Positions 49,301 through 58,309 of a stretch of 64,000 bases of DNA are shown one piece after another. The translations under genes were made by a program, and so were the position numbers. Under the pieces are notes generated by a model that was given only the letters and a program-made list of their open reading frames with translations, was not told where the DNA came from and made no database searches. Each line of letters begins with the position of its first letter. Position 1 is the first letter of the stretch. Source of the stretch: an uncultured Bacillales bacterium (GTDB lineage Bacteria > Bacillota_I > Bacilli_A > RF39 > UBA660); assembly GCA_947571655.1 (NCBI GenBank), contig CANOYR010000008.1:1386-65385 (forward strand). The letters are read 5' to 3'.

Positions 49301-49617
49301 CTCCAGAAGATACAACAGATGGATTTGAATTAACCTATAAATCAAGTGATGAAAATGTAGCAATTGTAGACGAAAATGGTGTGGTAACAGCAATTGGAGA
49401 GGGGACAACTAAAATCACAGTAATTGCTACTACTGAGAATGGTGATAAATTTGAATCTGTAAGTGAGATTACTGTTGTAAATGGAAAAATTAAAGATGTT
49501 GTAAGTCCTAAGACCTCTATAGAATCTTCTACAAAATACTTGATTATTTCTGCAATTTCGATTGGAATGGTAGCAGGACTTATATTCACCAAAAAAAAGT
49601 TAAAAAAAGGAAAATAA
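46396..49617 (+). CDS. Cell-wall-anchored protein: cohesin-like module, 11 BIG2 repeats, SPKTS sorting signal
   Basis: GGGAGG RBS. BIG2 repeats (...LxxGxxxQLxATxxP...WxSSNxxxATV...G). C-terminus VVSPKTSIESS plus hydrophobic segment plus KKKLKKGK. Confidence 0.6.
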   Translation: MKLKKKYKAILLSFVLVALLTVTNMIVGASNVAKMSIEPLAGDIEPGDTFTLNVKLQDSEYFNALGYRMIFDDTAFEFQSATFLEGKNTYSIREVNNAGNEVLFASINTSQTNYEDCNGIIATVTFKAKSTAVGEYDFNLVMDRDTGDDEFFKTDVDMNDIDLELETGSLKVKVKVDATDITVSPTALDLIKGNTSKITIASVPSKVTTLRNASITVNPSGVVTVDDDGNVEAIGNGTATISVTAYGITKTIPVSVTNPITGISLDKTSLELGKGQTYQLKATINPSDTSESKTIIWSSTNDDIATVSSDGTVTAVGNVGDTKATIRATSSNPAYYAECVVDIVIPITSVNMDQTPITLNKGEERQLSFTYEPSNTTQDRTITWESSDPTVATVNNGKVTAVKGGTTTITASMLNKTWTKSVVITVEVGLNDVILTPTSVELLPGQEQTIQPSFDPFDATHKDITWASLDSGIASVDGNGKITAVAPGTTTITATYQTLTGEKTKNVQVKVLIPITGVTIKPNSAITINKGDSTTLSVEVTPANAEEDKTVTWSSNQPNIASVDSSGVVTGNANGTAVITGTLKNGKTVTANITVHVPISNITLNKSVLNLNKGDTYHELVATIQPSDSTIKAVNWTTSNDKVATVNATTGEITAIADGTAIITATAEGQTATVTVYVTTAVTSISINQGTTKAMLKGDTGTLTATVLPNDATDKTVTWSSNQPEIVSVDSNGNIAAKAGGTAVITAKSGSKIASITITVRVPITTFELALEDQNPTILRGAKNAKVLKTVIGPEDATDDRTIEWTSSDSTIATVDSTGKVTGIKEGTATITGRLTSTGATVTSNVTIEVIELTGIKVELESDDILKGRNYQVNVIPIPEDSTELENIEYTSSDEDVFTVSSDGVITGIKEGTATLTVTVLGPGVTRAAAITEQVEVHVREVQLEGIHIIPITKELTIGETAQIMIDVSPEDTTDGFELTYKSSDENVAIVDENGVVTAIGEGTTKITVIATTENGDKFESVSEITVVNGKIKDVVSPKTSIESSTKYLIISAISIGMVAGLIFTKKKLKKGK

Positions 49618-49618
49618 A

Positions 49619-50413
49619 ATGAAAAAAATATTAGGAATTTTCTTCTTATTACAAATTTTATGGATTCCTAATGGATATGCTAATGAGCTACCTACGATTT
49701 CTGTAGGTAGTTTTGATGTCTATGTAGGAGAAAAGATAGTAGTGCCTATTACGATTAAAAATAATCCAGGATGCAGTTATCTTGGAATTAAAGTTAGTTA
49801 TGATGAAAATGGTTTGGAATATATTGATTCTAAATTGAAAGGTTTAGAAAATGCTGATATGAAGAATATTCAAAAAGATGATAATGTGATTACACTTTAT
49901 GCGATTTCTTTTCAAGAAGATAAGAGTATGGATGATAATGATGTAATTGCAGAGATTACTTTTATGGTTAAGGAAAAGGCAACGACATCTACTTTAAGGG
50001 TAGATGTTACGGATTTTGGTGGAAATGATTTAGTAGATTATGAGTTTAGGGAGAATGATGGAATCATTCGAATTGTTGATAAGAGATTAAGTAATACTAA
50101 AGAGGATTTGACACAATATCTTTCTCCTTCTACAGATGCTGTAATTACTTGGAAATCAATGGATGAGGATATCGCAGAGGTTGATGAGAGAGGACAAGTG
50201 TTTTTTTCTAATCAAGGAACTACTACTATAACAGGAATTGATTCTGATGGAAATATTGTTGTCGAAAAGGAATATACTGTTGTCGATGAGGTAAAGCAAC
50301 AACAATCAGAAGAAAAGCAAAAAAATCAAGAGTTTTTTATTTTCATTTCTTTTGGAGTTTTTCTTATTCTTTGTTGTATTCTTATTTTTATAAGAAAAAA
50401 GATTAAAAAGTAA
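49619..50413 (+). CDS. Membrane-anchored cohesin-like module protein
   Basis: Start overlaps the upstream stop (taaaATG). Signal peptide, cohesin-like module, one Ig-like domain, C-terminal TM plus RKKIKK. Confidence 0.45.
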   Translation: MKKILGIFFLLQILWIPNGYANELPTISVGSFDVYVGEKIVVPITIKNNPGCSYLGIKVSYDENGLEYIDSKLKGLENADMKNIQKDDNVITLYAISFQEDKSMDDNDVIAEITFMVKEKATTSTLRVDVTDFGGNDLVDYEFRENDGIIRIVDKRLSNTKEDLTQYLSPSTDAVITWKSMDEDIAEVDERGQVFFSNQGTTTITGIDSDGNIVVEKEYTVVDEVKQQQSEEKQKNQEFFIFISFGVFLILCCILIFIRKKIKK

Positions 50414-50548
50414 ATGATGAGTAGTTTCGTTGTTTGCTTTTTCTATTGAGAACTTCTTTGTTAAGAAAAAGTGCGCTATTTCCATTTAAAATTGATAGAA
50501 TGGATTTTGAAAATAAGATAAAATGAATTACAGAAAGGAGAGAGAAAA

Positions 50549-51118
50549 ATGGGAATTGGAGAAAAGATTCTATCATTAAGAAAGGGTGCACATATTACTC
50601 AAGAAGAATTAGCTGAGAAATTAAATGTAACTAGACAAACGATTTCAAAGTGGGAGTTAGAAGAAACGGCACCAGATATTAAACAGGCAAAGGAGTTATC
50701 TAGGATTTTTCATGTTAGTTTGGATGAACTTGTAGGAAATGATGTAAAAGATTTGCTTGTGGAGAGGGTAAGTAATACAGAAAAACTTGCAGGTATGATT
50801 ATTAAAATCATTAAAATTGGAGGAGCAATTATTTTTGGTCTATTTTTCATTGAATTAATTGTTTTATTTTTCTTTAGTATTGGAGTGCTGGTTCAAAAAA
50901 ATACTTCTCATGCAAAAGTTTCTAATATTCGATGTACTATAGATGGAAAAGAATATTCTTATCAAATTGAGCACAAAGGAAATCATATTATTCATATGGC
51001 TGGAAATTCTTATTTTGAGGAGCATATCAATTTTTCTAAATATGAAAATCCAGAAGATTTATTTGGAGCTATCAATCATCATTTTATAGAAAACGGAGGA
51101 AGTTGTAGTAGGAATTAG
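50549..51118 (+). CDS. Membrane-bound XRE-family HTH transcriptional regulator
   Basis: LRKGAHITQEELAEKLNVTRQTISKWE HTH, then a TM helix and a ~80-aa extracytoplasmic domain. Confidence 0.6.
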   Translation: MGIGEKILSLRKGAHITQEELAEKLNVTRQTISKWELEETAPDIKQAKELSRIFHVSLDELVGNDVKDLLVERVSNTEKLAGMIIKIIKIGGAIIFGLFFIELIVLFFFSIGVLVQKNTSHAKVSNIRCTIDGKEYSYQIEHKGNHIIHMAGNSYFEEHINFSKYENPEDLFGAINHHFIENGGSCSRN

Positions 51119-51126
51119 TAAATTAC

Positions 51127-51152
51127 AGAATAGAAAATTCTATTCTTTTTTT
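51127..51152 (+). terminator. Rho-independent terminator
   Basis: agaatag aaaatt ctattct plus T6. Confidence 0.55.
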
Positions 51153-51478
51153 ATATATAAGGAAAGTGCGTATTAAAACGAATAATTACCAAAGAATTTG
51201 AATATTTTCAAATTCTTTAGTATTTCGTTGGCATATAGGAATTTCTATGATATGTTGTGATTAGGGGACGGTTTGATGTATAAAGCATATAAATCCTAGA
51301 TGTATCCAAGTGATAGTCCTAGAAACTTCATTCATAAAACATTTGGATGTTGTTAATTTATTGACAATGATTTCTTAGAAAAATATAAGGAAAATTTTAT
51401 GAAAACAAAGATCCTTTTTCTATGGTACAATAATAAGTAATGAAAATTAAAAAGTAGTGATAGAAGGAGGGAAACATT

Positions 51479-52882
51479 ATGAATGAGATTCAGTGTCCAA
51501 AATGTAATACTGTTTTTCAAATTAGTGAAACAGATTATCAACAGGTTGTAAAGCAAATTCGTAATCAGGAATTTGAAAAGGAAATTAAACTGAGAGAAGA
51601 GCAATATCAAAAGAATGAAACAAATGCAATAAAGTTGTTAAAAGCATCTTTTGAGAAAAAAATGATTGAAGAGTTAGGCAAAAAAGATTTAGAAATTCAT
51701 GATTTAAAAGAATCCTTAGAAGCGAAAGAGGAACAGACAAAGTATCAATTAGAAATGCAATATCATAGTGAGATTAGTAAAAAAGAACTAGAGATTCAAG
51801 GACTAAAAGGTAAATTAGAAACGGTAGAAGAACGAACCAAGCATCAGTTAGAAAAACAGTATCATGAACAGATAAATCTAAAAGCTTTAGAAATTAAGGA
51901 ATTACAAACGAGAATTCAAGTGAAAGAAAAAGAAACAGAATTAGTGATTAAAGATACAGTGATGGAAAAGGAAATAAATTCTTTGAATCATGAATTAAAA
52001 TTAAGAGAAAATCAATTTTTATTAGAAGAGAAAACATTAAAGGAGAACTATGAAGAAAAATTAAAAAGTAAAGAAGAACAAATTGCTTATTACAAGGACT
52101 TTAAAGCAAGACAATCCACCAAGATGATTGGCGAATCTTTAGAACAGCACTGTAGTAATGAATTTAATAAATTGAGACCATTATTTAAGAATTGTTACTT
52201 TGAAAAGGATAATGACATTCGACCTGGTTCTAAAGGTGATTTCATCTATCGCGATTTTGATGAAGATGGAATGGAAATTACATCTATCATGTTTGAGATG
52301 AAAAATGAAGCAGATGAAACGGCAACAAAGCATAAAAATGAAGATTTCTTAAAAGAACTTGATAAGGATCGAAGAATGAAGAACTGTGAGTATGCAGTAT
52401 TGGTAACTTTATTAGAAATCGATAATGAATATTATAATTATGGGATTGTAGATGTATCCCATAAATATGAAAAGATGTATATTATTCGTCCACAGTTTTT
52501 TATTCCTTTAATTACTTTAATTCGTGGGATTTCTGTCAATTCTTTGAAATATAAAAAGGAATTACAGATTTCTCAGAACCAAAATATTGATATTTCCCAT
52601 TTTGAAGAAAATATGAACTCTTTTAAGCAAGCATTTGGTAGAAATTATCGTTTGGCAAGTGAGAAATTTCAAAAAGCAATTGATGAAATTGATAAGACAA
52701 TTACTCATTTACAAAAAACAAAGGAGGCTTTATTATCTAGTGAAAATAATTTAAGATTGGCTAATAATAAAGTGGAAGAATTAACGATTAAGAAACTTAC
52801 AAATCATAGTGAAACAATGGCTAAAATGTTCGAAAATTTAAAGAATCAAAAGGTAACCAATGAACCAGTAAAGGAATCTTAA
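51479..52882 (+). CDS. DUF2130-like coiled-coil protein with N-terminal zinc ribbon
   Basis: MNEIQCPKCNTVF start, long E/K coiled-coil, conserved C-terminal domain. Family by recall. Confidence 0.35.
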   Translation: MNEIQCPKCNTVFQISETDYQQVVKQIRNQEFEKEIKLREEQYQKNETNAIKLLKASFEKKMIEELGKKDLEIHDLKESLEAKEEQTKYQLEMQYHSEISKKELEIQGLKGKLETVEERTKHQLEKQYHEQINLKALEIKELQTRIQVKEKETELVIKDTVMEKEINSLNHELKLRENQFLLEEKTLKENYEEKLKSKEEQIAYYKDFKARQSTKMIGESLEQHCSNEFNKLRPLFKNCYFEKDNDIRPGSKGDFIYRDFDEDGMEITSIMFEMKNEADETATKHKNEDFLKELDKDRRMKNCEYAVLVTLLEIDNEYYNYGIVDVSHKYEKMYIIRPQFFIPLITLIRGISVNSLKYKKELQISQNQNIDISHFEENMNSFKQAFGRNYRLASEKFQKAIDEIDKTITHLQKTKEALLSSENNLRLANNKVEELTIKKLTNHSETMAKMFENLKNQKVTNEPVKES

Positions 52883-52975
52883 ATCATTAAGAATCCTTGT
52901 ATTCAGTCTTCTCTTCTATATTATTTTTAGAAAAGGAAAGTTTCACTAATTTAATTTCTATTTATTTTTTAGAAA

Positions 52976-53425
52976 TTGAAAGAAGGAAAAAATGATTGTT
53001 TTGCTCTTTTTGTATTGGGAAAGGGTGTAAGTAGAGAAGTGATTCAGCTATTTGGAATGAATTCTATGAGGAATATCAATAAATTTGATTATATTAACAT
53101 GATAGAAGTAGAAGATTTAAAAGTAGTTGAAGAATCCTTGGGATATATGATTTGTGAAATTGTAGATATGATTGAAAATGATACACATACATTATTTATT
53201 GGGAAACTAATAGAGGCAGATATATTAAAGGATGAAGAGGCCATGAGTTATAGTTACTATCAGGAAAATAAGAATGAGTTAATTAAGGAGACTACAAAAG
53301 AAGGAAAAGGTGCATGGACTTGTACAATTTGCGGTTATATTCACTATGAGGAGGATTTGCCAGAAGATTTTGTATGTCCAAAATGTGGGGTAGACCGAAC
53401 TTTATTTGAAAAAAGGGAGATTTAA
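52976..53425 (+). CDS. Rubredoxin-domain protein with flavin-reductase-like N-terminal fragment
   Basis: C-terminal [13 protein letters not shown]...FVCPKCG rubredoxin Cys4. Upstream part looks like the C-terminal half of a flavin reductase-like domain, possibly truncated. Confidence 0.45.
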   Translation: MKEGKNDCFALFVLGKGVSREVIQLFGMNSMRNINKFDYINMIEVEDLKVVEESLGYMICEIVDMIENDTHTLFIGKLIEADILKDEEAMSYSYYQENKNELIKETTKEGKGAWTCTICGYIHYEEDLPEDFVCPKCGVDRTLFEKREI

Positions 53426-53472
53426 CAAGAAACAGAAAGTTGGGGTTGAATAAAGAGAAAGAAGGTGTATTA

Positions 53473-54144
53473 ATGTCCACTATTTTAATAATTGAAGATG
53501 ACAATGATATTAATAATATGTTATTTCAACTTTTAAGTAATCATCAATATCAAGTAGTAAGAGCATATTCAGGAACAGAAGGAATCTTACTACATGGAGA
53601 AAATGTAGATTTAATTCTTTTGGATTTAATGTTGCCTGGAAAAAATGGCCAAGAAATTATCAAAGTATTAAAAAGAAAACATTTTGTTCCTGTAATTGTG
53701 ATGAGTGCGATTCATGAAATTGATATGAAGCTGGATTTGTTTAAGCTAGGTGCAGATGATTATGTTACGAAACCTTTTAATAATCAGGAATTATTAGCTA
53801 GAATAAAAGTTCATTTGAGGAATCAATCACATAGGGAAATGGAGACGATTTTAAAATATAAGGATCTTGAATTAAATACAGAAAATTTTATAGTAAAATG
53901 TAATGGTGAAAAAGTTCCGCTTACAAAATGTGAATTTGAGATTTTGAAGGTGTTTTTAGAAAATACCAATCAAGTTTTAACAAAGAGTGTTTTATTTGAT
54001 CGAGTTTGGGGAGATGCAGATTCTGCGGATGATAATACTCTAAATGTTCATATTAGTAAAATTCGAAATAAACTAAAAGAAAAAAATTCAAAGACGGAAT
54101 ATATCGAAACCGTTTGGAGCATTGGGTACCGATTGAAAAAATAG
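53473..54144 (+). CDS. OmpR-family response regulator
   Basis: Receiver domain (IIEDD...DLILLDLMLPG) plus winged-helix C-terminus. GAAGGTG RBS. Confidence 0.8.
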   Translation: MSTILIIEDDNDINNMLFQLLSNHQYQVVRAYSGTEGILLHGENVDLILLDLMLPGKNGQEIIKVLKRKHFVPVIVMSAIHEIDMKLDLFKLGADDYVTKPFNNQELLARIKVHLRNQSHREMETILKYKDLELNTENFIVKCNGEKVPLTKCEFEILKVFLENTNQVLTKSVLFDRVWGDADSADDNTLNVHISKIRNKLKEKNSKTEYIETVWSIGYRLKK

Positions 54145-54195
54145 TTGACGTTGTAAGGAAAAATTTATAAAATGAATAATTAAGGGGGGGGAACT

Positions 54196-54972
54196 ATGTT
54201 TAAGAGTATGAATGAAGTAGTGGGACTACAAAAAAAAGTAATTTGGAATTTTAGAAGAGGTACTATTGATTTATATCAGACTGTAGCTAATTTCGAAGAA
54301 GCTATAGAAATGATTCAAAATCACATTCTACCATTAAGTATTGCGTTAACAAAAGATGATTTTTTAAGATTGACAGAAAAACAAGCTCCGCAGTTCATTT
54401 CTATAGAAACAATTAGAGATAATTATATTGTCATCCATTCACAAGAGATAAATAGTTCATTGTCTTATTTTGCTTTAGATTTTGAGCAATTATTAAAAAA
54501 GGTTTATAAAACTTCAAATACCAACTATTTTTTAGTTGATAAAAAAGGAAAACGAAATCGCATTAGAAAATTTTATTCATTTTGGGAAAAGAAATCTAAT
54601 TCCAAGTCGATAAAGTTAGGAATTATGGAAGAGAAAAAATTATTTTTTGAAAAGAGTATGAAAATACTTCCTCTATCAAATTTATTAGAAGAAGTTGTTT
54701 TAGAACATAAAAAACAGGAACGGGAAAAAAGAATTTTTTCTGAACAAGAGATAAAAGAAATTCACCAAAGAGGTAGGTTAATTCCTTTTGAGAAAGCAGA
54801 AGAATGGGGACAATTAGGAATTTGTGCTCCAAAAAAAGAAGAGGGCAGTCATAAAGAGAGATGTCATCAATTTGATAGTTGTTTTGAATGCCTTTTGGAT
54901 TATGCCTATAATAAGGATGATCATCAAAAGGAGGAAGAAATTCCAGTAAAAAAGATAGGAATTCGAAAATAA
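54196..54972 (+). CDS. Hypothetical cytoplasmic protein
   Basis: No motif recognised. Sits between the RR and ABC genes. Confidence 0.3.
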   Translation: MFKSMNEVVGLQKKVIWNFRRGTIDLYQTVANFEEAIEMIQNHILPLSIALTKDDFLRLTEKQAPQFISIETIRDNYIVIHSQEINSSLSYFALDFEQLLKKVYKTSNTNYFLVDKKGKRNRIRKFYSFWEKKSNSKSIKLGIMEEKKLFFEKSMKILPLSNLLEEVVLEHKKQEREKRIFSEQEIKEIHQRGRLIPFEKAEEWGQLGICAPKKEEGSHKERCHQFDSCFECLLDYAYNKDDHQKEEEIPVKKIGIRK

Positions 54973-55058
54973 AAAAATTTAAGAGATATTTAAGAATTAT
55001 GTTAAGATTTTTTTAACATTTTTTTTATATACTATTAATGAAGGAGATAAAAAAGTTT

Positions 55059-55973
55059 ATGAAAGATATTATATTAAAAACTAATCATTTAACAAAAAAA
55101 TATAAAGACTTTACTGCTCTTGATCATGTTTCCATCACTATCAATAAAGGAGATATTTATGGACTGATTGGTCGAAATGGGGCTGGAAAGACAACATTAA
55201 TGAAAGTTATTACAACGCTTACTAATCCAACGAGTGGAGAATTTGAATTATTTGGAGAAGGAGGACAAACTTTAACAGAAAATAAACGTAGAATTGGTTG
55301 CTTAATTGAAAATCCATCTTTTTTTCCAAGTTTAACTGCTTATGAAAATCTAAAATACTATGCAATTCAAAAAGGAATTGTTAATTTAGAACAAATCAAG
55401 GAATCTCTCAAATTGGTTGGATTAGAGGATGCTAAAAATAAGAAATTTAAAAACTTTTCTTTGGGAATGAAACAACGTCTAGGAATCGCTTTTGCTATTT
55501 TAGATCATCCTGATTTTATTATTTTAGATGAACCAATTAATGGACTTGATCCAATTGGAATTAGTGATTTAAGGGAGACATTCAAAAAACTAAATGAAGA
55601 GAAAAATATTACGATTTTAATCTCTAGTCATATTTTATCCGAGTTATATGCAGTAGCTAGTAGATTCTGTATTATAGAAAATGGACATGTTATCAAAGAA
55701 CTATCTAAAGAAGAATTAGATATAGAATGTAGTAAATGTATTGTTATTCAAACAGATAATATTAAGAAAACAGCTGCGATTCTAGAAAAAGAATTCAATA
55801 CTACCAATTATAAAGTAATTGATAAAAAAGAGATCAGGCTTTATGAATTTTTGAATCAAACGAGTAAAATTAGTAAAGCATTAACTAAAAATGATATTAA
55901 TATTCTTGGGTTATATGAAACAGGAATTACATTAGAAGAGTACTTTAAATCTGTCATAAAGGAGGAAAATTAA
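55059..55973 (+). CDS. ABC transporter ATP-binding protein
   Basis: AAGGAGA RBS. Walker A GRNGAGKTT, signature LSLGMKQRL, Walker B IILDEP. Confidence 0.8.
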   Translation: MKDIILKTNHLTKKYKDFTALDHVSITINKGDIYGLIGRNGAGKTTLMKVITTLTNPTSGEFELFGEGGQTLTENKRRIGCLIENPSFFPSLTAYENLKYYAIQKGIVNLEQIKESLKLVGLEDAKNKKFKNFSLGMKQRLGIAFAILDHPDFIILDEPINGLDPIGISDLRETFKKLNEEKNITILISSHILSELYAVASRFCIIENGHVIKELSKEELDIECSKCIVIQTDNIKKTAAILEKEFNTTNYKVIDKKEIRLYEFLNQTSKISKALTKNDINILGLYETGITLEEYFKSVIKEEN

Positions 55974-55974
55974 T

Positions 55975-56814
55975 ATGTTAAATATGATAAAGTCAGACTT
56001 TTATCGCATTTTAAAAGGAAAAGCCATTTATATTGCACTTTTTATTATTATCGGATTGTCTTTAGTGAGTGTCATAGGACTTACTCCAGGACATATTGGA
56101 ATGACTTCTATGAGTAATTCTACTATCGATATTAATGATGCTGAATTTATGGAAAAACTTTCTGAAGCTAATAGTTTAAAAGATATTCGAGATTTGATGA
56201 AATCATCTGGCGGTTATGAACTGGATCAGGCGGTATTAGGTACGAACATGAATTTATACTACATTTTTATTGTTGTTGTAGTCATTGTTTTATGTACTGA
56301 TTTTTCGAATAAATCTATCAAGAATACTTTGTCTTCTGCAATTTCTAGAAATAAATACTATTGGTCAAAAGCAATTCTTATTTTTCTTATTTGTACTTTC
56401 TTAGTTTTATTTAATAATTATTTCTTTTACTTTACGAACCTTTTTGTCAATGGCAGAAACTTTAGTTCTTCCATTTCTGATATTTTTAAAACAACAATCA
56501 TACAACTTCCTTTAATTTATGGTATAATTAGTTTATTAATCTGTTTTGCTTTTCTATTTAAAAAAACGGCTAGTTTTAACACGATTTCTATTCCTTTCAT
56601 CATAATAGTTCAATTGATAGTTTTGGGGATTACCAATCTTTTTAGAATTAAGGCAGACTGGTTTTATCAATACGAAATTCAAAATGCATTAGGAAATTTA
56701 GCAAATAGTCCTACTAACCAATATATTTTAAATTGTACACTTCTTGGAATTTTTTATCTAATACTATTTAATATCATAGGTTACTTTGTATTTAGACGGA
56801 CAGAAATAAAGTAG
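55975..56814 (+). CDS. ABC-2-type permease
   Basis: 6 predicted TM helices. Translationally coupled to the ATPase gene. Confidence 0.5.
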   Translation: MLNMIKSDFYRILKGKAIYIALFIIIGLSLVSVIGLTPGHIGMTSMSNSTIDINDAEFMEKLSEANSLKDIRDLMKSSGGYELDQAVLGTNMNLYYIFIVVVVIVLCTDFSNKSIKNTLSSAISRNKYYWSKAILIFLICTFLVLFNNYFFYFTNLFVNGRNFSSSISDIFKTTIIQLPLIYGIISLLICFAFLFKKTASFNTISIPFIIIVQLIVLGITNLFRIKADWFYQYEIQNALGNLANSPTNQYILNCTLLGIFYLILFNIIGYFVFRRTEIK

Positions 56815-56832
56815 AAAAGGAAGTGAAGAGTT

Positions 56833-57735
56833 ATGGTAATTGTCATATTCTTACTCATTATGATTATTCTAGGACTCGGAACTTATCTTTTTTTTATGAA
56901 ACAAGAATTAAAAAAAATTACCCAATCAATTTATGAAATGAAGTGTAGTGATAGTAATTTACTAATTCATCAAAGTATTTCTTCCAAAGAGTTGAATGTT
57001 CTAATATTAGAAGTCAATCAGCTTTATCAGGAAATGAAAAAGAAAGAGATTTTCTTTGGACAGCAAAATAAAAGTTTGAGGAAAATGATGATGAATATCT
57101 CTCATGACTTAAGAACACCACTTACTTCAGCTTTAGGATATATTGATATAGTTTTAAACTCAAATTTATCAAAGGAGGAAAAGGAGAAAGAATTAAAAAT
57201 TATTGAAGAAAGACTTAAAAGATTAGAGGAGTTAATTTCTTCTTTCTTTGACTTTTCTCAAATCATATTTAAAAGAGATTCTATTCCAAAACAAGAAGAG
57301 AATCTCATTGCTCTTTTGGAAGAGGCCATTGCCCATTCTTATGAAGATTATCAAAGAGAGAAACGACAGATTTTATTTCATAGGGAGACTACCAAAATAA
57401 AAATTTATTCGAGCCATAAACTGATCATTCGAATTTTTGATAATTTAATTGGAAATGCCTTAAAACATGGCAAAGGAAGTTTAGAAATTATAGTAGATCA
57501 AAGAAAGAAAACTCAAATTATATTTCAAAATAAATTAAAAACTGATCACTTAGCAGTTGATAGGATTTTTGAGGAGTTCTATACAGAAGATATTTCAAGA
57601 ACCAAAGGAAGTACAGGGCTTGGACTTGCGATTGCCAAAGAATTCATGGAACAGTTAGGCGGAAAAATTTGGGCTAAGAAGGAAGGAGACTATTTAAAAA
57701 TAATATTAGAATTTCCATTCGATGAGAAAAAATAA
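56833..57735 (+). CDS. Intramembrane-sensing histidine kinase
   Basis: Short N-terminal TM, H-box MMNISHDLRTPLTS, G-boxes GLGLAIAK. Confidence 0.7.
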   Translation: MVIVIFLLIMIILGLGTYLFFMKQELKKITQSIYEMKCSDSNLLIHQSISSKELNVLILEVNQLYQEMKKKEIFFGQQNKSLRKMMMNISHDLRTPLTSALGYIDIVLNSNLSKEEKEKELKIIEERLKRLEELISSFFDFSQIIFKRDSIPKQEENLIALLEEAIAHSYEDYQREKRQILFHRETTKIKIYSSHKLIIRIFDNLIGNALKHGKGSLEIIVDQRKKTQIIFQNKLKTDHLAVDRIFEEFYTEDISRTKGSTGLGLAIAKEFMEQLGGKIWAKKEGDYLKIILEFPFDEKK

Positions 57736-58309
57736 AGAAATGATGAAAATGAATAAGTTCTAAAAAAATTCCTATAAAGCTCCTATAAATTCTAATTAAA
57801 ATAACGATTATTAAATAATTAGAACTCTAAATATAGTAAAAGAATTTTTTTGAAGGTGTTATACACAATTGATATAAGTTTTTATATTTTGTAATAATGT
57901 TTAAATTTTAAAACATTTAAGAATAATAAAATGATCTTTCGCATGGATGTTTATAAAAAAATCAAATTAACTTTAAGATCATTGGATGATGAGACTTGTC
58001 TTTTTGGGATGAGTTGTTTGCAAATTTTAAAGGATTAGATCTTTGAAAATAGTTATTTTATTTTGATGAAAATAAGATGAAAGTTATAATAGAAAGTAAT
58101 TCGTTTTGTATATAAGCTCTATTCTAGGGGGATTACTGATACAAAATTTGTACTTAAAAGTATATCTTGAAAAGAAAAGAAAATTGGACTTTTAGAAAGA
58201 TATTTAACTTATAAAATATATTTAGAAAATCTAGAAGGAATATAATAAAATTATTTGATTAATTCAATATTGTGATATAATAAAAATAGAAAAAATGTAG
58301 GAGGAGAAG

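Noticed and set aside
41824-49592. Short minus-strand or alternate-frame ORFs inside the big surface-protein genes (41824, 42195, 47269, 48257, 49335)
   Set aside because: They are embedded in long, repeat-rich + strand CDSs. Compositionally biased, with no start-site signals.
57940-58047. 35-aa ORF (MIFRMDVYKK...) in the 570-bp AT-rich spacer upstream of the NatA-like ABC gene, considered as possible bacteriocin or leader peptide
   Set aside because: No RBS, no double-glycine or leader-like features. Composition is indistinguishable from random AT-rich ORFs.
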